From the sequence record DRR723986_8415: a stretch of 64,000 bases of DNA. One strand, written 5' to 3'. A program made the translations under genes and the position numbers. Below the pieces are notes generated by a model. That model saw only the letters and a program-made list of their open reading frames with translations, was not told where the DNA came from and made no database searches. Shown here in pieces: positions 9,422 through 19,343 of this stretch. Every line of letters begins with the position of its first letter. The stretch's first letter is position 1.

Positions 9422-11081
9422 CAAAACGCAAGAACTAATCTATGCACTGATTGATGGCACGATCAGCGAAGACGATTTTGAGGTTCTTCAGAATGCGATT
9501 GAGCAGGACGATGAAGTTCGGCAAGCCTATTTGCGCTCGGTGAACTTAGTTGATTCGCTGGCTGATTTAGCTATCCGACCGGATATTGAATCCACCTCTA
9601 TCAGCCAAAGAAGTGAAACAAAGGCACTGCCCTCTGCTGCGACGTCAGTCTTCGTAACTGCGGCACTCGTATTGCTGACAGTTGGACCTGCAGCGTATTG
9701 GATCGGGGCTGTAAGTAGCCCAGGTGATTCGTCCGCTGAATCGGATTCGGATGCGGGCATTGTTCGTGTTGGATATGGAATTGCTGGGCACGCTACATTG
9801 CGTAGAACCGTGGATGCAAAATGGGCAGCGAACAGCCAACTGCGCGAGGGACATGTGCTCACCAATCAACGGGTGTCGCTGCTGAGTGGAACCGCTGAGA
9901 TAGACTTCTTCTGTGGTGCGTCGCTAATCGTTGAAGGGCCTGCTGAATTCAGCATCGAGTCAGACTGGGAGGTCAGCTTCGCGCGAGGGCGACTGCGAGC
10001 AAACGTGCCTCCGGCTGCGCGAGGATTCACAGTCGTTGCTGCGGGATCCAAGATCGTAGATCTTGGTACTGAGTTCGCTGCAGAAATCGAAGGCTCTTCG
10101 GCGAGTGTGCAAGTTGTCGAGGGAGAGATCGCATTTCGGGGCGGTGCTCTGGATGGAAAGCATTTGTTCACTGGTGAATCGGAGTCGCTAGGCGGTGGAG
10201 CTGATTCACTTCCACTGGCAGGGCTGAGCACTTCACAGGAAATTGAACGCCAGCGACAGGCAACTACGGATCAACGTCTTGTGCAGCTTCAGCAACACGC
10301 TGCAACATGGTCTGCAGACCCGCGGACGATCGCCCATTTCCCAATCGCAACCACGGATTCCGGCTTCTTCCGCACCAACCGTACTGTTGCCAACACAGCG
10401 TCGCGCGACTCGAGCTACTCTGGACTTTTGATCGGCCCTGTGTCCGCCGCTCCTGGCAGATTCGGGGAGCAGGCTGCTGGGCTTGAATTCGAGCGTCCAG
10501 GTGCACGAGTAAGAACTCGAATCGACGGAACATTTTCAGCCTTCACGTTTGTCTGCTGGGCTCGAATTGACAGCTTGCATAATCGATACAACGCTTTGTT
10601 CATGGGCGATGGTTATGAAAATGGCGAGCCGCATTGGCAAATTCGCGATGATGGCAGTCTGATGTTCTCGGTAATGGTTGATGACACGCAGGATATTCGC
10701 ACATACAACGAACGTGAAAAGAGGATGGTCCAGCAGGCTGGCTTGCATCGCGTCTACTATTCAAAGCCATTCTGGGACGTTGCAAAAGCCGGGCAGTGGT
10801 TTCACTTGGCCACCGTTTACGATCCGGCGCAGCGGCGCGTCAGGCACTTTGTCAATGGTGAGCCGTACGGCGATGAGGAAATCATCGACAAGTTCTACAT
10901 CAAGGAGCTGCACATTGGTGCTTCAGAAATTGGTAACTGGGGACAACCGTTTCGTAAGTCTCCTTGGTTCTCAGTGCGGAACTTAAACGGCGTTATTGAT
11001 GAACTACTGATCTGTGATGGAGTGCTTTCTGGTGTTGAAATCAGCGAGCTCTACGAGCAGGGTAAACCCGTCGGCTACTGA
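9414..11081 (+). CDS. FecR-domain anti-sigma factor with C-terminal LamG/concanavalin-like domain
   Basis: GTG start after GGAGGG, one TM helix, GFTV...IVDLGTEF FecR motif, WFHLATVYD and GVIDEL LamG motifs. Confidence 0.88.
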   Translation: MDSKTQELIYALIDGTISEDDFEVLQNAIEQDDEVRQAYLRSVNLVDSLADLAIRPDIESTSISQRSETKALPSAATSVFVTAALVLLTVGPAAYWIGAVSSPGDSSAESDSDAGIVRVGYGIAGHATLRRTVDAKWAANSQLREGHVLTNQRVSLLSGTAEIDFFCGASLIVEGPAEFSIESDWEVSFARGRLRANVPPAARGFTVVAAGSKIVDLGTEFAAEIEGSSASVQVVEGEIAFRGGALDGKHLFTGESESLGGGADSLPLAGLSTSQEIERQRQATTDQRLVQLQQHAATWSADPRTIAHFPIATTDSGFFRTNRTVANTASRDSSYSGLLIGPVSAAPGRFGEQAAGLEFERPGARVRTRIDGTFSAFTFVCWARIDSLHNRYNALFMGDGYENGEPHWQIRDDGSLMFSVMVDDTQDIRTYNEREKRMVQQAGLHRVYYSKPFWDVAKAGQWFHLATVYDPAQRRVRHFVNGEPYGDEEIIDKFYIKELHIGASEIGNWGQPFRKSPWFSVRNLNGVIDELLICDGVLSGVEISELYEQGKPVGY

Positions 11082-11130
11082 ACGATCGCCTCAACCTCCT
11101 TCAGACTTATCCGAGAGAATTCGACCAACT

Positions 11131-12771
11131 ATGCAAGAACCCAATAGAAGCATGACATCAGTGAAAACTGCGGTGATACTTGTTGCGGCGGTGCTGCTAG
11201 GTATCGGTTGCCAGCCTGCACTTTCGGCTGCCGAACGCCCCAACATCCTTTTCATTGCCGTGGATGACCTGCGTCCGGAGTTAGGCTGCTACGGTTCTGA
11301 CCTGGCTGTGACACCAAACTTCGACCGCATCGCGGCGTCAGGGCTTCTGTTTGAGCGAGCGTACTGTCAGCAGGCCATTTGCCGCCCTTCGCGTGCCAGT
11401 TTGATGACAGGGACTCGACCGGAGACCACGGGGCTGTTTCACAACTACGTTTCACTGCGAGAGCTACAGCCTGACATCATTACGCTACCGCAGCATCTCA
11501 TTGCGAACGGATACGAGACTGCTTACTGTGGGAAGATCTTCCACCAGGGTGACACGGACGAGGAATTCTCCTGGAGTCGCTCTCCGGTGAAGTGGATCGA
11601 AGGCATCAAGCATCCAAGAGGCCCATATGCACTCGCTGAGAACAATAAGTTAAAGGCAGATAACTTGAAGGCGATGCTTGCTAGGTATGGCGAGGCTGCG
11701 CGAAAGGGGTTAGCCAGCGGGCCTGCTTTTGAGAAGGCGGACGTACCAGATCACCGCTACATTGATGGCTACAACACGCTCAAGGCAGTTGAAACGATGA
11801 AGGAAATGGCGACCGGCGACAAGCCATTCTTTCTCGCAATGGGATACAAGCTGCCGCACTTGAATTGGTGCGCCCCGACCAAGTATTGGGACATGTATGA
11901 CCCAGAGTCGATTCCACTTGCGGAACATGTCGATGCGCCAAAATCGGGCGCAGCGATGGGCTTGCACGCGTCGTTCGAACTGCGGACGCGGTCGAATATT
12001 CCGAAGACTGGGCCGATTTCCCCCGAACTGGCCCGCACCCTCAAGCACGCCTACCTAGCTTCGGTTAGCTACGTCGATGCGCAAATTGGCTTGCTCTTGT
12101 CCGCACTTGAAGAACTGGAGCTGAGCGACAATACAATCATCGTCGTGTGGGGCGATCACGGTTGGCACTTGGGTGACATGGGCGTTTGGGGCAAAGCGAC
12201 CAACTACGAAATAGCAACGCGAGTTCCTTTAATGATTGCTACCCCAACGATGTCTGCGAAGGGCAAGAGTTCCAGAGCGCTCGTTGAACTGGTCGACATT
12301 TTCCCGACACTCTGCGAGTTGGCTGATGTTCCGAAGCCAGAACATTTGGAGGGTCGCAGTTTCGAACCGCTTCTGAGTGAGCCAGACCGAAGTTGGAAGA
12401 AGGCAGCCTTTAGCCAGTATCCTAACCCAGCGCTGCGTGAATGGGCCGCCAACCCGCTGTCAGTTGGGATGCGAGAAACCTGGTTCGGGCCGCTTATTGC
12501 AGACGTCGAAGACCGAATCAAGACGCAAATGGGCGACTCGTGGGACAGAGAGTTGTTCGAGCAACACTTGATGGGTTACACCATGAGAACAGATCGTTAC
12601 CGCATTGTTGCGTGGCGGGATCATCGCGATCCCAAAGCTGACCCGTTGTTCATTGAGTTGTTCGACCACGAAGCCGATCCGCAGGAAACCAAGAATATTG
12701 CTGCCGATCAGCCGAAGCTCGTCAATTCGCTTCTGCGTCAGCTTAAGGCTGGTTGGCAGAATGCTATGTAG
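11131..12771 (+). CDS. Cys-type sulfatase (iduronate-2-sulfatase-like)
   Basis: RPNILFIAVDDLRP, CQQAICRPSR, GKIFH, WGDHGWHLG. Confidence 0.93.
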   Translation: MQEPNRSMTSVKTAVILVAAVLLGIGCQPALSAAERPNILFIAVDDLRPELGCYGSDLAVTPNFDRIAASGLLFERAYCQQAICRPSRASLMTGTRPETTGLFHNYVSLRELQPDIITLPQHLIANGYETAYCGKIFHQGDTDEEFSWSRSPVKWIEGIKHPRGPYALAENNKLKADNLKAMLARYGEAARKGLASGPAFEKADVPDHRYIDGYNTLKAVETMKEMATGDKPFFLAMGYKLPHLNWCAPTKYWDMYDPESIPLAEHVDAPKSGAAMGLHASFELRTRSNIPKTGPISPELARTLKHAYLASVSYVDAQIGLLLSALEELELSDNTIIVVWGDHGWHLGDMGVWGKATNYEIATRVPLMIATPTMSAKGKSSRALVELVDIFPTLCELADVPKPEHLEGRSFEPLLSEPDRSWKKAAFSQYPNPALREWAANPLSVGMRETWFGPLIADVEDRIKTQMGDSWDRELFEQHLMGYTMRTDRYRIVAWRDHRDPKADPLFIELFDHEADPQETKNIAADQPKLVNSLLRQLKAGWQNAM

Positions 12772-12827
12772 CAGATTTTGATCCATCCTTCGAACGGCCG
12801 AACGTTTCCAAACACTGCAGATTTGTC

Positions 12828-15623
12828 ATGTCGCAACACATAATGCTGCTACGCTCTTTTCAAGTACTATCGTTTCTGGCGTGCTTATTGTCAGGTCGCC
12901 AATCGACGGCGTCCGAGGTCGATTTTCAACGCGAGATTGCACCGATCTTGGAAGAGCGATGCGTGTACTGCCACGGACCTGACGACCAAGAGTCAGGGCT
13001 TCGCTTGGATCTGCGCAGTGGGATGCTAAAGGGCGGTGATTCAGGACTACCCGCTGTCGTTCCCGAAAACGCTCAGGCAAGTTACTTGATCGAAGTGGTC
13101 AAGCACCTCGACCCGGACGTCAAAATGCCGCCGGATGAAGACCAAATTCCGCCAGAGGAAATTGCGCTCTTGGAGCAATGGATTGAACAAGGTGCGGTCG
13201 TTCCCGGGCAAATGGATGTAGCCGAAGAGAAGCCGGTTTCGGATCACTGGGCGTTTCAGCCAGTAGTGCGACCGGAGCTCCCTCCATCGGAGTATTCGAA
13301 TCCGGTCGACCGCTTCCTCACTGCGAAACTAGAAGACAGAGGGCTAGAATTCTCTCCGTTGGCTGACCCACGATCGCTCTTGCGCCGCGTATCGATCGTG
13401 TTGACGGGGTTGCCGCCAACGCCCGATGAAACCGATAGTTTTATCAGTGCATGGAATGATGACCAAGATGCTGCCTATTCGCAGCTCATCGAACGTCTTC
13501 TTGCCTCGGAGCACTTCGGCGAACGCTGGGCCCAACATTGGCTTGATGTCATCAGGTGGGCCGAAACCAATGGTTCGGAAGCTAATCTCTACCGCAAGAA
13601 TGCATGGGTCTACCGCGACTATGTCGTCCGGTCTTTCAACGAAGACAAGCCGTACAGTCGATTCGTCAAGGAGCAAATCGCAGGCGATTCGATGGGAATG
13701 GGAGAAGCGACGGGCTTCTTGGTCGCTGGACCACATGTCCCAGCGGCGACCGTAGGTCGTGAACCAACGGCAATACGCCAAGCTCGAGCGGACAGAATGG
13801 ATGAAGTCATGCAGACCGTAGGAGCGAGCATGATGGGGATAACTGTTGGATGCGCCCGATGCCACAACCATAAGTTTGACCCGATCTCAATCCAGGATTA
13901 TTACGCGATGACGGCAGTTTTCCAGGACGTCGAATTTGGAAGCCGGCGGCCAGAATACTCCAGCACGCACCCACTGCGTCAACGAGCAAAGGTGATGTGG
14001 AAGAACATTGCCGCCCAGCGGAAAAAACTGCGAGATTTGGGCGGCTGGGAAGAGAACTGGGGCGCGTACCGCGAATTGCACTTTGCACCAGCCACGACGC
14101 AGGCAATTCGAGTTCGGTTCAAAATGAAGAACGTTGGCTTGGATGAGATGGAAGTCCTCGGCCCAGACGGGGTGAATGTTAACTTTGCATTGGCGAGTCG
14201 TGGCACCAAGGTTAGTGGCTTCCCTGCAAAGGGCGTGGACAACCGGAATCCGATCGATCGGGTCAATGACGGAGAGTACGGCACAATGGCCTGGCGCGCC
14301 AAGCCTGTGAAAGACGAGGATACCGGCGAAATGCGGCAACCTTGGGTGCGCTTAGATTTTGATGCTCCGGTGGAAGTCAATCGATTGCGTCTGAGCAGCA
14401 ATCGCGAGTACTACTACGACACTGACTACTTGGATAAGAAGCCGTTCCTCCCGCGATATGAATATGACGTTGATATCTTGACCGCCAATGGAGAGTGGCA
14501 ACCTTGGACTGGCACTTGGGCTGTGAACAAGAAGCTCAACCAAGAAAACGCAGGGCGCAAGAAGCTGAACGCCGAGCTTGACGAACAGATCCGATTATTT
14601 GGAGAAGAAGGTCCACGGCCTAGTTTCGTCGGCCGTTTCGTACCTCCCAAACAGACTTACGTGCTTTTGCGCGGCAGTCCAGAGAGCCCACGAGGAGAAG
14701 TCGCACCGGCTGCTCCAGAGATCTTTGATGGCAATCTTGGGCTTCCGGCCAACAGCCAAGGGGCGGTCCGGCGAGCGAAGTTTGCGGACTGGGTTGCCAG
14801 CGAAAGCAACCCGCTAACGGCGCGCGTTATGGTCAATCGCCTTTGGCATCACGTTTTTGGTACCGGCATTGTCCCCACAACCAGTGATTTTGGAACGGCG
14901 GGCGCTCTGCCTACGCACCCGCTCTTACTTGACTGGTTGGCGGCGGAGTTCGTAAATCCGTCGGTCAAAGACAGGAAGGCGGGGCCGTGGTCGGTCAAAA
15001 GGATGCTTAGGTTGCTGGTTTATTCCCGCGCTTTTCGCCAGTCAAGCGAACCTGACGAAGCGGGTGAGCGAATCGATGCGGGCGGGCAACTACTGTGGCG
15101 ATTTCCTCCCAAACGTGTCGAGGCCGAGGTGATTCGTGATTCGATCTTGCTTGCGTCGGGCAACCTTGATCGCCGGGTGGGTGGAAAGAGCTATCGCATT
15201 CACAACGAGAAAAAGACCTATGCCCAGTGGCAGGTTGTGAACAATCACGGACCGGAAACTTGGCGGCGGATGCTTTACCAAGAGCGTATGCGTCGCGTCG
15301 ACGACCAGATGTTCACTGCGTTTGACTTCCCGGATTGCGGGCAAGTTCGAGCGAAACGTCCCGTATCGACAACACCGCTGCAGGCCCTCAATCTTCTTAA
15401 CAGCGAATTTGTTCTCGACCAAGCGGAACGAATCGCTGATCGGGCAACGCGCGATAGCGGCGGAGATGAAGCCGCGGCGGTGAACAGGTGTTTCCATCTA
15501 TTGTTGGGACGCGATGCCGCCGATGCTGAACTGGATGCATGTCTGGCGACTGCACAGCAGCAATCACTTGCTATTGTTTGCCGTGCATTGATCAACAGCA
15601 ACGAGTTTGCATTCCTTCCGTAA
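12828..15623 (+). CDS. planctomycete cytochrome c / DUF1549 / DUF1553 protein
   Basis: CVYCH, HWAF, GERWAQHWLD, CARCHNHKFDPI, ARVMVNRLW, THPLLLDWLA, PLQALNLLN, NSNEF. Confidence 0.93.
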   Translation: MSQHIMLLRSFQVLSFLACLLSGRQSTASEVDFQREIAPILEERCVYCHGPDDQESGLRLDLRSGMLKGGDSGLPAVVPENAQASYLIEVVKHLDPDVKMPPDEDQIPPEEIALLEQWIEQGAVVPGQMDVAEEKPVSDHWAFQPVVRPELPPSEYSNPVDRFLTAKLEDRGLEFSPLADPRSLLRRVSIVLTGLPPTPDETDSFISAWNDDQDAAYSQLIERLLASEHFGERWAQHWLDVIRWAETNGSEANLYRKNAWVYRDYVVRSFNEDKPYSRFVKEQIAGDSMGMGEATGFLVAGPHVPAATVGREPTAIRQARADRMDEVMQTVGASMMGITVGCARCHNHKFDPISIQDYYAMTAVFQDVEFGSRRPEYSSTHPLRQRAKVMWKNIAAQRKKLRDLGGWEENWGAYRELHFAPATTQAIRVRFKMKNVGLDEMEVLGPDGVNVNFALASRGTKVSGFPAKGVDNRNPIDRVNDGEYGTMAWRAKPVKDEDTGEMRQPWVRLDFDAPVEVNRLRLSSNREYYYDTDYLDKKPFLPRYEYDVDILTANGEWQPWTGTWAVNKKLNQENAGRKKLNAELDEQIRLFGEEGPRPSFVGRFVPPKQTYVLLRGSPESPRGEVAPAAPEIFDGNLGLPANSQGAVRRAKFADWVASESNPLTARVMVNRLWHHVFGTGIVPTTSDFGTAGALPTHPLLLDWLAAEFVNPSVKDRKAGPWSVKRMLRLLVYSRAFRQSSEPDEAGERIDAGGQLLWRFPPKRVEAEVIRDSILLASGNLDRRVGGKSYRIHNEKKTYAQWQVVNNHGPETWRRMLYQERMRRVDDQMFTAFDFPDCGQVRAKRPVSTTPLQALNLLNSEFVLDQAERIADRATRDSGGDEAAAVNRCFHLLLGRDAADAELDACLATAQQQSLAIVCRALINSNEFAFLP

Positions 15624-15686
15624 CTTTACTTTACTTTGCTTACATTTAGCCCCTGCAAAGAATCACTACGTCTGAGCGAAAACCAA

Positions 15687-17195
15687 ATGAGTAGTCACTT
15701 ACCAGAAAAACTCTCCTTGCACGGTCGAAGCTTGTTGGACCGTCGCGGCTTTCTATCTGTCGCTGGTCTTTCTACTGCCGGCCTTGGGCTCGCCAGTATT
15801 CTGGATTCTGAGGGATTGTTGGCCGACGAGCCGAAAACGGTGAGTGGAGATGAGCCGATTCGTCCAGAAATCGATCCAAACAATCCGTACGCACCTCGCC
15901 GCCCGCACCGTGAAGTTCCCGCGAAGCAGGTTCTTGTTATCTACTTGCCGGGAGCAGTCAGTCACGTTGACACTTTCGACTACAAACCTGCGCTCGAAAA
16001 GTTACACGGGAAGAAGCCGCCCGGGATTCCTGCAGTCACCTTTGAAGGGCCGACGGGCAATATTGCCAAACCCTTTTGGAACTTCAAGCCGCGTGGTGAA
16101 ACGGGCAAGATGGTTTCTGACTTGCTACCAAACCTCGCTGGGCAGGTTGATGATTTTTGCTTCCTGCATTCGATGACGACCGATACTAGCGCTCATCCGC
16201 AGGGTGAGAACTTCATGAACACGGGCTTCACGATGGAGGGATTTCCATCGTTTGGCTCGTGGGTCACTTACGCGCTCGGAACCGAGAACCAGGAGCTGCC
16301 GGCCTTTGTGGCGATCAACGACCCGCGTGGGTTGGCCAGAAGTGGAAAGAACAACTTTGGAAACGGTTTTCTTCCGGCCGCATTTCAAGGTACCGACTTT
16401 AATGCATCCAACCCGCCAAACAACTTGCAGCGTCCGAGCTCTTTAAGTGCTGATGCGGACCGCAGCACAGTGGATCTGCTCGCACGGTTGAACGCCAGGC
16501 ACATGGAAAAGTTTCCTGGTGATGCCAACTTAGCCGGACGAATCGCAAGCTACGAACTGGCTGGACGGATGCAAACCTCTGTACCGGATGTTATGGACCT
16601 ATCTGGTGAAACCGCCGCTACACTGAGTGCCTATGGTGTGGAAGGCGGTAGCCAACTGCGGGGTGAGTACGCACGTAATTGCATCCTCGCCAGAAGGCTG
16701 ATCGAAAAAGGCGTTCGAGTCGTGCAGTTGTTCAACGGCAGTGATCCCGCAGGTGGAAATGGCATCACTAACTGGGATTCCCATTCCAACATTCTGAAAA
16801 CTCACGCCATGCAAGCGGAGATAATGGACCAGCCGACCGCAGCGCTCTTGGCGGATATGAAGCAACGCGGGCTGCTGGATCATACTCTGGTCGTCTGGGC
16901 CACAGAATTTGGACGAATGCCGTTCTTGCAGTCCAATGGTACCGGTCGCGATCACAATCCAGATGCATTTACATGCTTTATGACTGGAGCTGGAGTAAAG
17001 ACCGGGATGAGCTATGGCGAGAGTGACGAATTTGGCTTCAAGGCTGCGGTCAATCCGACCAGCGTTTATGACTTCAACGCTACACTTCTGCACTTGATGG
17101 GCTTGGATCACGAGCGTTTGACCTTCTACCACAACGGGCTCGAGCGACGATTGACGAACGTTCACGGGCACGTCATCCAAGACATCCTTGCTTAG
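15687..17195 (+). CDS. DUF1501 domain protein (twin-arginine signal)
   Basis: DRRGFL Tat motif, SHVDTFDYKP, LARRLIEKGVR, WDSH, EFGRMP, RDHNP, RLTNVHG. Confidence 0.93.
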   Translation: MSSHLPEKLSLHGRSLLDRRGFLSVAGLSTAGLGLASILDSEGLLADEPKTVSGDEPIRPEIDPNNPYAPRRPHREVPAKQVLVIYLPGAVSHVDTFDYKPALEKLHGKKPPGIPAVTFEGPTGNIAKPFWNFKPRGETGKMVSDLLPNLAGQVDDFCFLHSMTTDTSAHPQGENFMNTGFTMEGFPSFGSWVTYALGTENQELPAFVAINDPRGLARSGKNNFGNGFLPAAFQGTDFNASNPPNNLQRPSSLSADADRSTVDLLARLNARHMEKFPGDANLAGRIASYELAGRMQTSVPDVMDLSGETAATLSAYGVEGGSQLRGEYARNCILARRLIEKGVRVVQLFNGSDPAGGNGITNWDSHSNILKTHAMQAEIMDQPTAALLADMKQRGLLDHTLVVWATEFGRMPFLQSNGTGRDHNPDAFTCFMTGAGVKTGMSYGESDEFGFKAAVNPTSVYDFNATLLHLMGLDHERLTFYHNGLERRLTNVHGHVIQDILA

Positions 17196-17440
17196 GCTTG
17201 TTACGCCGTCAGGCCTCTTTGCCTGCATCTGAGCTCAGTTTTCAGCAGTGAAATCGACCGCTTGCTGGCGTCAGCGGTTCGTCTCCATGATCGGATGAAC
17301 GACGAAGCTTCACTTTGACCTCTTTCGCAATGCTATCTGTTGCGAACTCGCGATGTCGCTTAGACTACTGACGAAGTCCAAAAGCAACGCTGCCGTCGGT
17401 AGCTTGGTTGGCACCGTTAGTCTTCTTTTTGGGGTTCGCG

Positions 17441-17704
17441 ATGAACATCAACGGTTCGGGCAAGTATCTAATTACTGGCCTCGTGGTCTTGCTGGTCGTT
17501 TTGCACCAGGACAACTGGTTTTGGGAAGACAGTTCTCTCGTCTTCGGAATCGTACCAGTGGGGCTGTTTTATCATGCCTGCATTTCGCTCGCTGCTGCTG
17601 CTACGTGGTTTCTCGCAACGAAGATTGCGTGGCCGCTGGAGGATGGCTCTGGTGCAAGTCCGAATAATGCCTCCGGGAATTCTGATGAAGGAGGTGCACA
17701 GTGA
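17441..17704 (+). CDS. small membrane protein (DUF3311-like), partner of the sodium:solute symporter
   Basis: Two TM helices with LHQDNWFW and VPVGLFYH. Stop overlaps the symporter start (GTGA). Confidence 0.8.
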   Translation: MNINGSGKYLITGLVVLLVVLHQDNWFWEDSSLVFGIVPVGLFYHACISLAAAATWFLATKIAWPLEDGSGASPNNASGNSDEGGAQ

Positions 17705-19287
17705 ACGGCGCGATCATCATTGCTGGCTACTTGCTGCTGCTGCTTTCGTTGGGGGTGTTTTCCAACCGCCTGTTCTCGGGATCCGGTAAGGACTTCCAAC
17801 TTGCCACACATTCCATCGGTCCATTCATGCTGTTGATGTCGTTATTTGGAACGACGATGACCGCCTTCGCACTGATCGGCTCGACTGGGGCGTCATGGCA
17901 AACAGGAATTGGCATCTACGGAAAGATGGCATCTTCGAGCGGCATCGTTCACTCGTTGTGCTTCCTTTTGTTAGGCGTGAAGCTCTGGCGATTCGGTCAT
18001 AAGTACGGTTACTCTACACAAATTGAATTCTTCCGAGACCGACTAAACAGCCCCGCAATTGGCATTGTGCTTTTCCCAATCCTGGTCGCAATGGTCATCG
18101 TCTATCTGTTGATGGGGGTCTTGGGTGCGGGGACGGTTGTCAACGTATTTACAGCAGGAGCGTTTCCAAGCGTATTTCCGGCTGTCGAAGGTGCTCGACC
18201 AGAAACTGCTGGGGCAATTCCCAATTGGCTCGGCTCCATGATCATTTGCTGCGTTGTGCTCATCTATGTGTTCTTTGGAGGGATGCGTGGAACCGCATGG
18301 GCGAACACTTTTCAAACGCTCGCGTTCATGATTCTCGGCATATTGACGTTCTTCGTAATCGCCAGTGGGCTTGGTGAAGGCTCGATGTGGGAGAATATGC
18401 AAACTGCATCGGCCCAGTTGGAAGAGAAGTGGGCGACTCGGTCTGGCGTCTCAAAAACTGTCTTCTTCACTTACATGCTCATACCGCTATCCGTTGGAAT
18501 GTTCCCGCACCTTTTTCAGCATTGGTTAACGGCGAAGAATGCCAACGCGTTCAAGCTGTCTGTTGTTGCACATCCCATCTGTATCATGTTGGTATGGGTG
18601 CCGTGCGTCATGCTTGGAGTTTGGGCGACGACCGATGCAGCACAAGCGGTTGTACCGGCACTCGGCAATTTGAGTCACCAGACACCCGGTGATCAGAACA
18701 AGGTTTTGCCAATGCTCGTCAATGGGCTTTCCGGCCAGATCCTGGGTGGATTCCTTGCCGCTGGTGTCTTGGCTGCAATCATGAGTTCCCTGGACAGTCA
18801 GTTCCTGTGTGTGGGCACAATGTTCACAAACGACATTGCGAAACGCTATTTTGCGAAGGACGGCGAGTTTACGGACCGTCAAACCGTTTTGCTTACGCGG
18901 TCGTTCATCATTTTTGTCGTAGTGGTGACCTACTGTCTGAGTCTGCTTGCTCCCCCAAGTGTTTTTGGATTGGGGGTTTGGTGCTTCAGTGGATTTTCAA
19001 GTCTCTTTCCGTTGATCGTAGCCGCCTTGTACTGGAAACGGCTTACTAAGTTTGGTGCATATGCCTGCGTAACCGCGGCAAGTGCTTCGTGGGTTTGGCT
19101 TTTCTACAGCGCGGTTTCGACCGGCAAGCCGATTGCAGCGTACCTGATCAAGGTACCCGTTGGTGGTGAGACTTATGAATTCATGCCTGTCGCTGCGATG
19201 ATCGTGATTTCGACGCTGGCGATGGTCGTCGGTTCGCTGGTATCAAAGCCGCTTCCGACTGAGACACTAAAGAAGTTCTTCCCGTAA
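17701..19287 (+). CDS. sodium:solute symporter (SSS family)
   Basis: Many TM helices, FGGMRGTAW, PHLFQHW, LAAIMSSLDSQ. Confidence 0.92.
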   Translation: MNGAIIIAGYLLLLLSLGVFSNRLFSGSGKDFQLATHSIGPFMLLMSLFGTTMTAFALIGSTGASWQTGIGIYGKMASSSGIVHSLCFLLLGVKLWRFGHKYGYSTQIEFFRDRLNSPAIGIVLFPILVAMVIVYLLMGVLGAGTVVNVFTAGAFPSVFPAVEGARPETAGAIPNWLGSMIICCVVLIYVFFGGMRGTAWANTFQTLAFMILGILTFFVIASGLGEGSMWENMQTASAQLEEKWATRSGVSKTVFFTYMLIPLSVGMFPHLFQHWLTAKNANAFKLSVVAHPICIMLVWVPCVMLGVWATTDAAQAVVPALGNLSHQTPGDQNKVLPMLVNGLSGQILGGFLAAGVLAAIMSSLDSQFLCVGTMFTNDIAKRYFAKDGEFTDRQTVLLTRSFIIFVVVVTYCLSLLAPPSVFGLGVWCFSGFSSLFPLIVAALYWKRLTKFGAYACVTAASASWVWLFYSAVSTGKPIAAYLIKVPVGGETYEFMPVAAMIVISTLAMVVGSLVSKPLPTETLKKFFP

Positions 19288-19343
19288 CGAAGTGTTGCTT
19301 CCAGTAGAATTCTTCACGTTTGCGATATCGGAAAGACGGTCCT

